Part shown: piece by piece, positions 20,205 through 30,080 of the stretch
Numbering within the stretch: position 1 is the first letter of the stretch
Layout of the letters: each line of letters starts with the position of its first letter
NCBI GenBank assembly: GCA_963591775.1
Contig: CAVATM010000010.1
Location: 27,727-91,726, forward strand
DNA length: 64,000 nt
DNA from: a bacterium
Lineage (GTDB): Bacteria > Bacteroidota > Bacteroidia > Bacteroidales > Paludibacteraceae
Reading direction: 5' to 3'
Made by a program: the position numbers and the translations under genes
Notes under the pieces: generated by a model
The model's input: the letters and a program-made list of their open reading frames with translations, nothing else
What the model was told of the DNA's origin: nothing
Databases searched by the model: none

Positions 20205-23200
20205 TTAGAAACAGATCTCTACTCCTCCCTGGAAAGTACGCCCTACAGGGTAAGTATTCGTGTACATACCTGCCAACTCGTAAGTAGAAGTTGATAGCGA
20301 TATTTCAGGATCCATACCCGAGAACTTCGTGGCTGTACATAAGTTATCTGCAGAGAAATAGATACGGCAGCGAGTCATCTTTGCCTTTTCAATCCATTTG
20401 GTCGGGAGATCGTAACCTACCGTCAAGTTCTTGATACGGAAGAAAGAACCATCCTCCAGATAGCGTGACGAGATTGCATTCGAATTCTTATTACCATTCA
20501 GCACAGCCTTTGGGTGTGTTGCATTGTCACCGGCTTTCTCCCAACGCGACCAGCCTTGCTTCGAGTTCTTGATAGACATTTGGTTATACCCTACATACGC
20601 ACCATCCGCATCGGTTGACATACGCGTGTAATTGTATATCTTGTTTCCGTATGTAAAGTTAGTATTAACACTCAAGAAGATACCATTCCAACTCAGTTGC
20701 GTATTCAATCCACCCGTGAATAAAGGTGTTGCTTTGCCGACTACCCTTGCGTGCGTAGCATTGTAGTCATTCGTGGTAGTCTTGTTGCCGTTTCCGTCTA
20801 ACACATACTGTTCGTTGTCATCCACTACATACCATAGCGGGTCCCCATTCTCCGGATCAACGCCAGCCCATTCTTTCATGTACCACGAGTAGATATCCTG
20901 TCCTTCTTTCACTTGCTGGCTTACGCTGCTTGCAGTTTGCAGGAATGCGCCATTAGGGGTCTTAGTCACACGATTTCGGTTAAAACCAATATTGAAACCA
21001 ATGTCCCAATTCCATTTTCCGATACGCAATACATTTGCATCCAAACGATATTCTATACCTTGGTTACGCACCGAACCGGCATTCTTGGTTACTTCAAAGA
21101 AACCTGTCGACGGAGCTACCGGCACATTAAGCAACAGACCCGTATTATCCGTGTTATAGAGGTCGATAGACATATCTATACGCTTAATGAATGTCAGGTC
21201 TATACCAATAGCCGCCATATTCGCTGTTTCCCAATGCAATTGCGGGTTCGCCAAACGACTCGGGGTAGCAGCCACTTGATTTTGGTAGAGACTATTGAGC
21301 GAATATGTACCTAAATACTTGTAGGACGGGATATTGTTATTACCGGTAACGCCGTACGACGCACGCAGTTTCAGGAATGATACCACATCTTGTCCTTTCA
21401 TAAACTCCTCATTCGAGATAAGCCATGAGGCAGCCACCGACGGGAAATATCCTACTCGGTTTTTAGGTGCAAATATACTGCTTGCTTCTGCACGGAAGGT
21501 AGCCGTCACAAAATATCGCTTACCGTAATCATATTGCGCTTGTACAAAAGTAGCCCAACTTGCTCCCGGTATCTCATATCCACCAACCGAATACGGCGTA
21601 GTTGAATTTAGTGCATCCACTCCATTCGGCATACCCGTGCCGGCGGCATTCGTGTATTCAGTTTTCCAAGTGCTATACTCAAAACCGACCATACCGCTCA
21701 GCGAATGTTTGCCCCATTGACCATTGGCTTTCAAGATATTAATCGTACCAAAACTATTGCTTAGTCCTAGGCTGTTGTAGAGATATCCATTCGAATACTC
21801 CGAATCAAAAGCACGCGGGTCACGATACTCCGTCGATTTGTAGTAGCCGGTACTATATGTATTGGTTGTTGTAAAATGCAGCCAATCCGTAAAATGTACA
21901 TTGAAAACAAGTGTTCCATTAAAATCAAAGTTGCTTGATTTCGAATAGTTATATTGCGTTGTATGTAGCGCATTCCACTTGCTCTGCGACCACCATTTAC
22001 CACCATTGTCCGAGCGGGTATCGCCATTCACATAGAGATATCTTCCGGTTGAGTTACCATCAGCATCCAATTCGTATGGATTATCCCACGGCATTTTGTT
22101 GAATGCATCATCAAGCATCGTCCACGATGGAGCATAATCCACTGCGTAACGCGAAAACGAAGTACGAACGCTCATGTCGAGCCATTTCGTCAGATCGGCA
22201 TTGAGCGAGAATTGTCCACTTACTTTCTGCATACCCGTACATTTCAGAGTACCGGTCTCTCCATAGTAGTTCAATCCTGCATAGTAGCCTACTTTCTCGC
22301 TACCACCCTTGACCGATACATAATAATCCTGAACCGAACCAGTGCGGAAGAACTCATCTTGCCAGTTATAATCTTGTTGCAGCAGGCTCTTGGGATATTG
22401 ACTATTGAATACCGTCTTAGAGTACAGACTCTTATGGAAGTTGTACAACTCCTCCGAGTTCATCATCTTGTAGTTTTTATACAGAGCTTGCTTTGCGCCG
22501 GCCGTAGCTTTAATATCTACCGACAGTTTATCATTTTTCTTGCCCTGCTTGGTAGTTACAACAATTACACCTCCCGCAGCGGCTGCACCATAGATACCGG
22601 TGGCACCCGCATCTTTCAATACCGTAATAGTCTCCACATCCTGCGGATTGAAGGAAGCGCCCATTACACCGTCAACCACATAAACCGGGTCGCTCGAGGC
22701 CGTAATAGACCCTGTACCACGAATACGGATTTCAGCTGCACTACCGGGCTGTCCACCACTGTTTGTTACTTGCACACCGGCCACCTTACCTTGAAGCATA
22801 TTGCCTACATCCGAAGAAGTGACATCGGTCAGTGCATCACCGGATACCGTTACCACTGCCGAAGAAAGTTCAGTTTTTTTCATCGACGAGTATCCCAACG
22901 ACACCACCTCTTCCATCATGATGGCATCTGCTTGCAGCACCACATTCAGTGTCTTTGCAGCCTTCAGTTCTTGCGACTTGTAGCCCATAAACGAGAACAC
23001 GAGCGTGGCGCCATTGTCCGCCTCAATTTGGAAATTACCATCGAAATCGGTAATCGTTCCTGTCGTGCTTCCCTTGACTACGATACTGGCTCCGGGCATA
23101 CCTTGTCCGTCTTCTGCAGACACCACCTTTCCGGTCACCGTTATCGGTGCTGCAAAGGCGCATGCAACTCCTGCGAGCAGCGTCATTAAGATAATTGGAA

Positions 23201-23210
23201 TGCGTTTCAT
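20205..23210 (-). CDS. susC: SusC/RagA-family TonB-linked outer-membrane transporter
   Basis: 1001 aa. N-terminal carboxypeptidase-regulatory-like domain (ITVTGKVVSAEDGQGMPGASIVVKG), plug, and a terminal F-ending barrel. Confidence 0.95.
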   Translation of the reverse strand: MKRIPIILMTLLAGVACAFAAPITVTGKVVSAEDGQGMPGASIVVKGSTTGTITDFDGNFQIEADNGATLVFSFMGYKSQELKAAKTLNVVLQADAIMMEEVVSLGYSSMKKTELSSAVVTVSGDALTDVTSSDVGNMLQGKVAGVQVTNSGGQPGSAAEIRIRGTGSITASSDPVYVVDGVMGASFNPQDVETITVLKDAGATGIYGAAAAGGVIVVTTKQGKKNDKLSVDIKATAGAKQALYKNYKMMNSEELYNFHKSLYSKTVFNSQYPKSLLQQDYNWQDEFFRTGSVQDYYVSVKGGSEKVGYYAGLNYYGETGTLKCTGMQKVSGQFSLNADLTKWLDMSVRTSFSRYAVDYAPSWTMLDDAFNKMPWDNPYELDADGNSTGRYLYVNGDTRSDNGGKWWSQSKWNALHTTQYNYSKSSNFDFNGTLVFNVHFTDWLHFTTTNTYSTGYYKSTEYRDPRAFDSEYSNGYLYNSLGLSNSFGTINILKANGQWGKHSLSGMVGFEYSTWKTEYTNAAGTGMPNGVDALNSTTPYSVGGYEIPGASWATFVQAQYDYGKRYFVTATFRAEASSIFAPKNRVGYFPSVAASWLISNEEFMKGQDVVSFLKLRASYGVTGNNNIPSYKYLGTYSLNSLYQNQVAATPSRLANPQLHWETANMAAIGIDLTFIKRIDMSIDLYNTDNTGLLLNVPVAPSTGFFEVTKNAGSVRNQGIEYRLDANVLRIGKWNWDIGFNIGFNRNRVTKTPNGAFLQTASSVSQQVKEGQDIYSWYMKEWAGVDPENGDPLWYVVDDNEQYVLDGNGNKTTTNDYNATHARVVGKATPLFTGGLNTQLSWNGIFLSVNTNFTYGNKIYNYTRMSTDADGAYVGYNQMSIKNSKQGWSRWEKAGDNATHPKAVLNGNKNSNAISSRYLEDGSFFRIKNLTVGYDLPTKWIEKAKMTRCRIYFSADNLCTATKFSGMDPEISLSTSTYELAGMYTNTYPVGRTFQGGVEICF

Positions 23211-23321
23211 TTTGTATTGATTTAAGGATTATTTTGATTGATGATTGATTATTATTCGGTCTTGTCGAAATACCCAATTATAATAGCCATCTCTATTAAG
23301 CATATCATCCGAGTTTGCCCC

Positions 23322-25214
23322 CTACTCCATTTCACAAACTTTCAGCAGATAATTTCCATCGAACGACACCTCTATAGTTGGACTATCTCCATTTATTTCA
23401 AATGTCTCAGGTTGCTCAGCGGTATAGGTTGTCGCCATATATTGCTTGCCCTGTTCAAGTCCTCGCAATTCTATCTTTCCCGTATAGTGGTCTGCATAGA
23501 AAGCATAATACATTGCCCCATGCTGCCAAATAGCGTGTGCCTCAGGATAATCATACCCGTATGTATAGAGATTTCTATACTCACCTCGTGCCAAGTCATT
23601 TTCCTTGTATATTTTCATCCAGTGGCGTATCAGTCGCTCTTTCTCCGGTGTAAGGAGGAATGATGCCGAGGCATTGGGATTGTCCTTCGGGTAAGTAAAC
23701 TTCGTTCCTATGACAGACCCCGTACCTATCTGCGAGGCAAAGTCTGTTCCCCCATCTGTCAGCTCCACATGATCCCCATAGTATGCCACTTGTGGAACCA
23801 TCGCTGCATAAGCCTTGCGTTTCATACGCACCTGAGCCGAACTGGTCGGATCGGATGCCACTGCTTGGTTAATGAATGGCAACAGATAGTAGTTCACCGC
23901 ACACCCACAAGGGCAAACCTGTACAACAGCGTGCGGATGATACTGTCGTGCTTGCTGAAGCACATTTTCGAAATAGGTCGGCAGTTGTTCCACGGCCTGC
24001 TCCGGATAATCCAATTCCGAATGTTCGTTATAGTCCGGCATACAGCAATTCAAGTGTTGTCCGTCTATTTTCAGTCCATCGAAATTCCATACCTGCATAA
24101 ACCGTTTCAGCAAGCCGTTCGTATAGGCGGTTGTCTGCGGATTAACCGGCGACAGGTACCAACTGTCCCACCATGTAATATATTCCGGAGCCTGCTCTTT
24201 TGTCAGCAGTCGCATTTCCGGATGCTCACGCAGCACCTTCGTTCCCGGGTCTGCCGCCAATGGTGCCCACCATAGTTTGGCATACATACCTCTACGGTGT
24301 ATCTCGTCTGTCATGCGCCGCATATCTCCATCTCCGTGCGGGAAACGACTATTTGTTTCCCAATCACCCTCTGCTATTTGGTATCCGTCATCTACATCCA
24401 CCCAGCGGAATCCCAATTCGGCCACTTTATCAAGTGTCCCAATTACCTCATCAATGGTAAACTGTCGTTCATAGCCCCATGCGCACCATACCGGTTCAAA
24501 CGCTTCCGGTTCTGAGGGTTGCATCGTAATGCCCATATCCTTTTGCATTACTTCCGAGAATGTACGCAGCGTATTGTAGAAATCGCCCGTATGTTCATAG
24601 CGAAAAGCCGTGTAGCAGTGCAGTGTATCTCCCGTACCGAGTGTCAGTGGCTCATCGTAGTCATAGCGTAACGCCATCGTGATCGTTTTTCCGTATCGTT
24701 TCCATTCTATTGGCATAGATATAGTGCGCAGCACGGGTTCTATAAGCCCGATAGCCGTACCGCTATTTTGTTGCCATACATCCACCAATGGAATTCCACC
24801 ACCATAGTCGCAGTTGTTCATTCCGAGATAGTTGCGATTGCGGAATCCTTCCCGTATCGGCAGCACCCAATCAAGACGAGCCGCCGTTGAGGTGGGTTGC
24901 AGGCTCCATACCACACTATCCTCCGCCTCTATCTCCGTGCGGCAAAGTTCGTAGGCACGCACCGTGATAGGCTTTCCTTTGTTGATATAGTAAGTCTCAA
25001 TGCGTGTTAGCCCATCAAAAGCCGTATCCTTCACGCAGGTTTGATGCTTTTCTACGATAACCCCATTCTTGTTGTATGGGAACGAGGTTATCGTAGCCGC
25101 ATCACACTCCAGCAGGTCTGTGCTCGGTTGGTCCGAACATCCTGTCAGCAGTGCCACAAAACCAATTACTACTAACCAACAAAATGAATGTATGTATTGC
25201 ACAGTGTTGTTCAT
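23322..25214 (-). CDS. alpha-galactosidase-like glycoside hydrolase lipoprotein (clan GH-D, GH36/27-like)
   Basis: Lipobox LLTGCS. Contains WVDVDDGYQ, LWWAPL and FDGLKIDGQH motifs. Its start overlaps the stop of the upstream gene (TAATG). Confidence 0.65.
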   Translation of the reverse strand: MNNTVQYIHSFCWLVVIGFVALLTGCSDQPSTDLLECDAATITSFPYNKNGVIVEKHQTCVKDTAFDGLTRIETYYINKGKPITVRAYELCRTEIEAEDSVVWSLQPTSTAARLDWVLPIREGFRNRNYLGMNNCDYGGGIPLVDVWQQNSGTAIGLIEPVLRTISMPIEWKRYGKTITMALRYDYDEPLTLGTGDTLHCYTAFRYEHTGDFYNTLRTFSEVMQKDMGITMQPSEPEAFEPVWCAWGYERQFTIDEVIGTLDKVAELGFRWVDVDDGYQIAEGDWETNSRFPHGDGDMRRMTDEIHRRGMYAKLWWAPLAADPGTKVLREHPEMRLLTKEQAPEYITWWDSWYLSPVNPQTTAYTNGLLKRFMQVWNFDGLKIDGQHLNCCMPDYNEHSELDYPEQAVEQLPTYFENVLQQARQYHPHAVVQVCPCGCAVNYYLLPFINQAVASDPTSSAQVRMKRKAYAAMVPQVAYYGDHVELTDGGTDFASQIGTGSVIGTKFTYPKDNPNASASFLLTPEKERLIRHWMKIYKENDLARGEYRNLYTYGYDYPEAHAIWQHGAMYYAFYADHYTGKIELRGLEQGKQYMATTYTAEQPETFEINGDSPTIEVSFDGNYLLKVCEME

Positions 25215-26311
25215 TACTTATATTCTTTCAGTATGCGTTGCGAGTTCTTATAGTAGATTTTCTCCAAAACCGAGTCCGGCAGATAGAAGGCCGACAATGC
25301 CCAGTGGTAGTTATATTCCGGTATATAGAAATGCTCATCCTCGGTTTCCAATACTCGGAACATATTCCGATACATGCTTGCATCCATACCATTGTCCGTA
25401 CCAAACACCACTTGGTCTTGGTGCTCGATAAGAAACGCCCGTGTTGCCCGAGGCGTTTGAGCAGCCTCAGCCACACGCCCGGCTATATCCACATACAGGT
25501 TCGGGTATTTGTCCAGCAATGCGCCTAAGCGAGGCAGGTCTTGATTCATATTCAAGAAATGGCACGCAATGAATATCGTCTGCGGATTCTCTCGAAGTGC
25601 ATTTTCAAAAGACGCCATCAGTTCGTTGTAGCCGAGGCAGCCCACCTTTGTCGTATCCACATGCCATACAGCGGCATTAGGAAGACCGTCATTGTGCTTA
25701 TCTTCCGGCAAATACATCCAATACGGTTCAGCTATGTGTATCGATATCGGCATACGCAGTTCAGCGCAACGCTTGAGTAACGGTCGCATACGCGGGTCAT
25801 CGATATGCAATCCACGCCCCTCTGTAGGACGAGCATAGAGGTCCCCTTCGCCCTTATCCCCCATCTCGCCAACACCGACAGCTCCCATAGCATGGCATTT
25901 TTCGAGATAAGCAATTGCCTCATCGGCCGAACCATCTCGAAGCAACTGCGTATAGTCGAAGCAACACCAGAAACGGAAACGGTCTTTATGGTCACCATAC
26001 CGCTCCACAAAAGTCTCAAAAGGTTCGCCTATCCACTCACAGTGCATCACATGCGTCTCCGTAATCCCGCAAGCGTCCATGTTTTTCACCCATTGCTCCA
26101 CTTCCTCTTTCGAAGTCGCATAATCGTGCGAATGGATGTCTATTACGGGGAACTTGGCTCTCTCAACGGTCGTAACAGGTATATTATTGCAGTTCTCCGG
26201 CAGATAGTCTTTCACCAGCAGCGTATCCACAAGACGAGTGGTTTGTCCGCTATGCGTTGTGCAAGCCACCATAGCCGATGCTGCAATAGCTAGAAGGATA
26301 GTCTTTTTCAT
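25214..26311 (-). CDS. exported amidohydrolase-family (metal-dependent TIM-barrel hydrolase) lipoprotein
   Basis: Lipobox AMVACTT and a VIDIHSHDY (HxH) motif. Confidence 0.65.
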   Translation of the reverse strand: MKKTILLAIAASAMVACTTHSGQTTRLVDTLLVKDYLPENCNNIPVTTVERAKFPVIDIHSHDYATSKEEVEQWVKNMDACGITETHVMHCEWIGEPFETFVERYGDHKDRFRFWCCFDYTQLLRDGSADEAIAYLEKCHAMGAVGVGEMGDKGEGDLYARPTEGRGLHIDDPRMRPLLKRCAELRMPISIHIAEPYWMYLPEDKHNDGLPNAAVWHVDTTKVGCLGYNELMASFENALRENPQTIFIACHFLNMNQDLPRLGALLDKYPNLYVDIAGRVAEAAQTPRATRAFLIEHQDQVVFGTDNGMDASMYRNMFRVLETEDEHFYIPEYNYHWALSAFYLPDSVLEKIYYKNSQRILKEYK

Positions 26312-26347
26312 GGTCTTTATCGTGTGTTTTGATTGTATGGTTTTCTT

Positions 26348-27289
26348 TTATCTTTCGAATCCAAATCGTTCATGCGCTACTTTCTCTACTGCTTCGCGCG
26401 AGATGAATGCACCGGTGCCACCTGCAGCAGTTGTGCTTACCGCCCCCGTCATATTGCCATAGCGTTGGCAGTCTTCAAGCGAGCGCCCCTGCACAAATTG
26501 AGAAATAAAGCCTGCATTGAACGAGTCACCCGCACCTATCGTATCCACAACCTGACTGTTAAGCATGGCTTTCATTTCTTGCCGCCTGCCATCTTTGCTA
26601 AGCAAAAGGGAACCTCGACTACCTTGTTTGATAACTGCCGTATTGATATAGGGCAATATCTTCTCCACAGCCTCATCTTCGGTCTCCGAGTGGGTCAGCG
26701 CACAGAGCTCCTTCTCGTTTGGCATGAATACAGATATGAGCGGCAGTATCGTCCGGTAGTCCAAGTCCCATTGCTCAGTCGGATCCCACTGTGTGTCCAA
26801 CGAAGTCGTAATATGATTCTCGCGGGCAAGTTGCAGGATAGACAGTAAGTCTTTTTTCAGTGCACTTTGCATGAATATGGACGAAATATGAATATGACGA
26901 GTGTTGTGAAATAGAGCCGGATTTATATCCTTTAGCCCCATTGCATCCATCGCCCCCTGATAGGTCAGATTGGCCCGGTCTTCGTCATAACTCATACATA
27001 TCGTTGCCCCCGTAGCATAGCGGTTTGTGCGAATCAGGTAGCGTGTATCTACCATTTTCTTCTGCAGGCTCTGCTCCACCAGTTCGCCGAATTGGTCATT
27101 CCCAACCATACCCGCGAATGCCACCTTTGCGCCCAATGCTGCTGCATTAGCGGCAAATATGGCGGTCGATGAACCAAGTGTCAGTGTCATTTGGCGGGCA
27201 AATTTCTCTTTCCCTATTTCAGGGAAGCCGTCTATTTGGTTGAGAATCAAATCAACATTGAGTTCTCCGAGTGCAACGATATCAAACAT
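26348..27289 (-). CDS. PfkB-family carbohydrate kinase
   Basis: 313 aa. N-terminal GELNVD and C-terminal DTIGAGDSFNAG (PfkB signature). Confidence 0.85.
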   Translation of the reverse strand: MFDIVALGELNVDLILNQIDGFPEIGKEKFARQMTLTLGSSTAIFAANAAALGAKVAFAGMVGNDQFGELVEQSLQKKMVDTRYLIRTNRYATGATICMSYDEDRANLTYQGAMDAMGLKDINPALFHNTRHIHISSIFMQSALKKDLLSILQLARENHITTSLDTQWDPTEQWDLDYRTILPLISVFMPNEKELCALTHSETEDEAVEKILPYINTAVIKQGSRGSLLLSKDGRRQEMKAMLNSQVVDTIGAGDSFNAGFISQFVQGRSLEDCQRYGNMTGAVSTTAAGGTGAFISREAVEKVAHERFGFER

Positions 27290-27296
27290 AGTTTTC

Positions 27297-28526
27297 TTAC
27301 TTTATATAGTCATTCAGATCCACCAAATTGAACGCACGGTAATACTTGTCCATATTGTGCTCAATACGCATCAGCACCACCTCTTCGGCATGAATACCGA
27401 GTCGTTCCAAGTTGTCGTACAGCATCTGGCGTGCCACCAATGCCTCCGGCGTTTGCCAGATGTAGCGGCAACCCGTCTTTACGAGCCATAATTGACGGTC
27501 CGGTGCAATCTCTTTCAGGTCTTTGCCTACCTCTTCGCCATGCAGCCATTTTTTCCAACGATTCGACTCATATACTTTCTGCCAGAGTACATCCGTTATA
27601 TGGCTCAGTTGTGCCACTTTGCCTTCCTCAAATTGCTTTTTCTCTTCTTCTTCGAGTTCGGCCAGCGCATCATACTCGTTCATGGTAAACTCAGGCCCCA
27701 CATTAGCCGCTCCCATACCGGAAACCGGATACTCCTCAGGATTGCTTACATCATCCGTATAGTGTCCCTTTATGTAACTGCCATAAGGGCGTACTTTTGC
27801 GGTTAGGTTGCGAGCCACTTCGGGATCAAATGTGGTAGTATGCAAGTCTGTTCCCACTTTTCCGACAATGAAGCATGGCCATACATCTGCCAACCCTACC
27901 TCTGCAAGACCGGCTTTCAAGTCGTGCAAGAATGTATCAAAAGTCGTTGGGTCAGCCAGACCGCCGTGCACCTCCTCCGTACCTACTTCGTACGAAATCG
28001 GAGCGATATTGTGTGCTTTGCGGAAATTCTCAGCATGCAGGATCAACTCTACCGTACGCTTTGCCACCACATGTATATTGATTATCTCCCCTTTCGGTAA
28101 GAAAATATCCACGGTCGGATCCACATGAATCAAATCGTAGCCGGCCAGTATAGCAGCCTCATACGATTTTTTCACTCCGTTCATGGCACGCTCCGTATCC
28201 CAACGCTCAATCGATTGTTTATCTTTGAGCCATGGTCCACCATGGTCGATTGCCACAACATATTGTCCCGTATAGTGAACAGCCTCAGCCTCACGACGCA
28301 GCACTTTCGTAAATTCTGCTTGCGTCATACCCGTGTATCCACCATCGCAATCCACCTGATTGAGGGTTGTCGCAAAGTAGATGGGAGCATTATTGCGTTT
28401 TGCCGCACGGAACGACGCACGAATAACGGACAACGAGTTCGGGCAGGCAGCAAACAATGTGCGAGGCACACCCGTTTTCTCTTTCAGTTCCTCCATTACA
28501 CGGAGTATATTCTCTGTTTTAGGCAT
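27297..28526 (-). CDS. GatZ/KbaZ-family protein (tagatose-bisphosphate aldolase accessory subunit / tagatose-6-P epimerase-like)
   Basis: 409 aa. FAACPNSLSVIRA...IYFATTLNQVDCDGGYTGM parallels the GatZ/KbaZ N-terminus. Confidence 0.75.
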   Translation of the reverse strand: MPKTENILRVMEELKEKTGVPRTLFAACPNSLSVIRASFRAAKRNNAPIYFATTLNQVDCDGGYTGMTQAEFTKVLRREAEAVHYTGQYVVAIDHGGPWLKDKQSIERWDTERAMNGVKKSYEAAILAGYDLIHVDPTVDIFLPKGEIINIHVVAKRTVELILHAENFRKAHNIAPISYEVGTEEVHGGLADPTTFDTFLHDLKAGLAEVGLADVWPCFIVGKVGTDLHTTTFDPEVARNLTAKVRPYGSYIKGHYTDDVSNPEEYPVSGMGAANVGPEFTMNEYDALAELEEEEKKQFEEGKVAQLSHITDVLWQKVYESNRWKKWLHGEEVGKDLKEIAPDRQLWLVKTGCRYIWQTPEALVARQMLYDNLERLGIHAEEVVLMRIEHNMDKYYRAFNLVDLNDYIK

Positions 28527-28633
28527 AGTATTTTGAAATTTAATTAGTTACCCGATTTACATTGTAACAAAATAATCTGTTAAGATAGGATTGAATCGTA
28601 TCAGCAAAAGCGATACCCATCCTACCACACCTA

Positions 28634-29752
28634 TTAGTTGTATATCTTCACCCCTTCCACAACTCGGCTGATATTGCCCGATACCGATGGCGTATCGGGA
28701 TTCAATCCGTGTTTCACCGAGGTATAATATCCCAACAATTGCCCTACCAGCACATAAGGAACAAGCCCGTAAATACTCGTTTCAGCGCTGCCGTACGGCA
28801 TTACTACCTGCAGGTCTTCATGCACGCCCTCTATCTCTACTCGTTTTCCTGCAATCACGACCACTTGCGCCACCAGTTTGTTGTTGGCATCCACTTGTTG
28901 TACCAAATCCCGCTCATAGCGTTGTATTTCTTCTTGGTCTTGCATAAGATATACCACCAACGAGCGGTCATTCACCACCGCCTTCGGTCCGTGACGGAAT
29001 CCCAAGAAACTGTCAAACTTGCAGACCACAGCGCCATCCGTCAGTTCTTGCAATTTCAAATGGCATTCTTCTGCAATACCCTTCATCGGTCCGGAACCCA
29101 AGAACACGGCACGCTCAAAAGAGCGAGTGGCTATCTGATGCAGTTCCTCTTCATATTGGTCGATAATCACTTGTGCATTTGCGGCTGTGCGTTCTACTGC
29201 AGTCTTCTCGTCTTCAATATAGTCTATACGGCTCAGCATCAAGCAGGTCAACAACATGGTTGAGAAACTGCTTGTCATCGCAAGGCTCTTGTCGTCCGTC
29301 TCTTCCGGCAGCAGCAGCGTCAATACATTTTCCGCTTTGCCGGTCTGTGCCAAGTGTCCGTTTTTGTTGCAGGTTATATATATATGTGCTATCTGCGGAC
29401 AGAGCCGATTGGCTAATTCTACGGCAGCCACGCTCTCAGGGCTATTCCCCGAGCGGGCAAAACTTATCAGCAGCAGTGGTTTCTGCGAGTCAAGATAGTT
29501 CGATGCATTCGTTACCAGGTCGGTTGTCGCCACAGCCCGAACGTTTTCCCACTCCTTACGCAATATAGGAGCGATTGCATCCCCTATGAAAGCGGATGTA
29601 CCGGCTCCCGTCAATACAATATCGGTTTCTGCGGTTTTATACTTTGCCAGGAAAACCCGAATGTTTTCTTTCTGCGCCACCAATGCATCATACTCCTTCA
29701 ACCATGCGGAAGGTTGTTGCAAAATCTCTTTGTGTGTAAAAGTATCCATCAT
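28634..29752 (-). CDS. agaS: SIS-domain sugar-phosphate isomerase/deaminase, AgaS-like
   Basis: 372 aa with two SIS domains. KEILQQPSAW N-terminus, GAGTSAF and SRSGNSPES motifs. Confidence 0.8.
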   Translation of the reverse strand: MMDTFTHKEILQQPSAWLKEYDALVAQKENIRVFLAKYKTAETDIVLTGAGTSAFIGDAIAPILRKEWENVRAVATTDLVTNASNYLDSQKPLLLISFARSGNSPESVAAVELANRLCPQIAHIYITCNKNGHLAQTGKAENVLTLLLPEETDDKSLAMTSSFSTMLLTCLMLSRIDYIEDEKTAVERTAANAQVIIDQYEEELHQIATRSFERAVFLGSGPMKGIAEECHLKLQELTDGAVVCKFDSFLGFRHGPKAVVNDRSLVVYLMQDQEEIQRYERDLVQQVDANNKLVAQVVVIAGKRVEIEGVHEDLQVVMPYGSAETSIYGLVPYVLVGQLLGYYTSVKHGLNPDTPSVSGNISRVVEGVKIYN

Positions 29753-29809
29753 GATAAATAGGATTTATTTTTCTCTCTAACTTATGATCCTAAATGTCTT
29801 TTGACGGCG

Positions 29810-29817
29810 CAAAATTA
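29810..29817 (-). promoter_or_regulatory. -7 box TAATTTTG (minus strand) for agaS-led PUL operon
   Basis: Exact TAnnTTTG match about 58 nt upstream of the agaS start. Confidence 0.5.
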
Positions 29818-29848
29818 CTACTTCCGCGCAACAATAATTCGGCCAACT

Positions 29849-29868
29849 TATATGTTGAAAAACATATA
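29849..29868. promoter_or_regulatory. perfect palindrome TATATGTT-GAAA-AACATATA in divergent control region
   Basis: 8-bp inverted repeat with a 4-nt spacer. Confidence 0.5.
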
Positions 29869-29871
29869 TAT

Positions 29872-29880
29872 GGGGGGGGG
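29872..29880. repeat. G9 homopolymer
   Basis: Nine consecutive G, directly 3' of the palindrome. Confidence 0.9.
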
Positions 29881-29999
29881 TGATGCAACTAATTGAATTT
29901 CAGCACATTATGGCAATAAAATAAAATTATTTTCTCTTTTGAAACCTTTCGAAAAGGAACACTGTTTTGAAACGGTTTGTAAGTATCGAAAAAACAGAC

Positions 30000-30007
30000 T
30001 ACCTTTG
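30000..30007 (+). promoter_or_regulatory. -7 box TACCTTTG for DeoR-family regulator
   Basis: Exact TAnnTTTG match flanked by TATCGAAA motifs at 29984 and 30014. Confidence 0.5.
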
Positions 30008-30080
30008 TATCTCTATCGAAAGCCAATTCCCTTTCGAAGCGAAACAATCCCTATTTATCCATATCCAAAAACTCTGCAGC

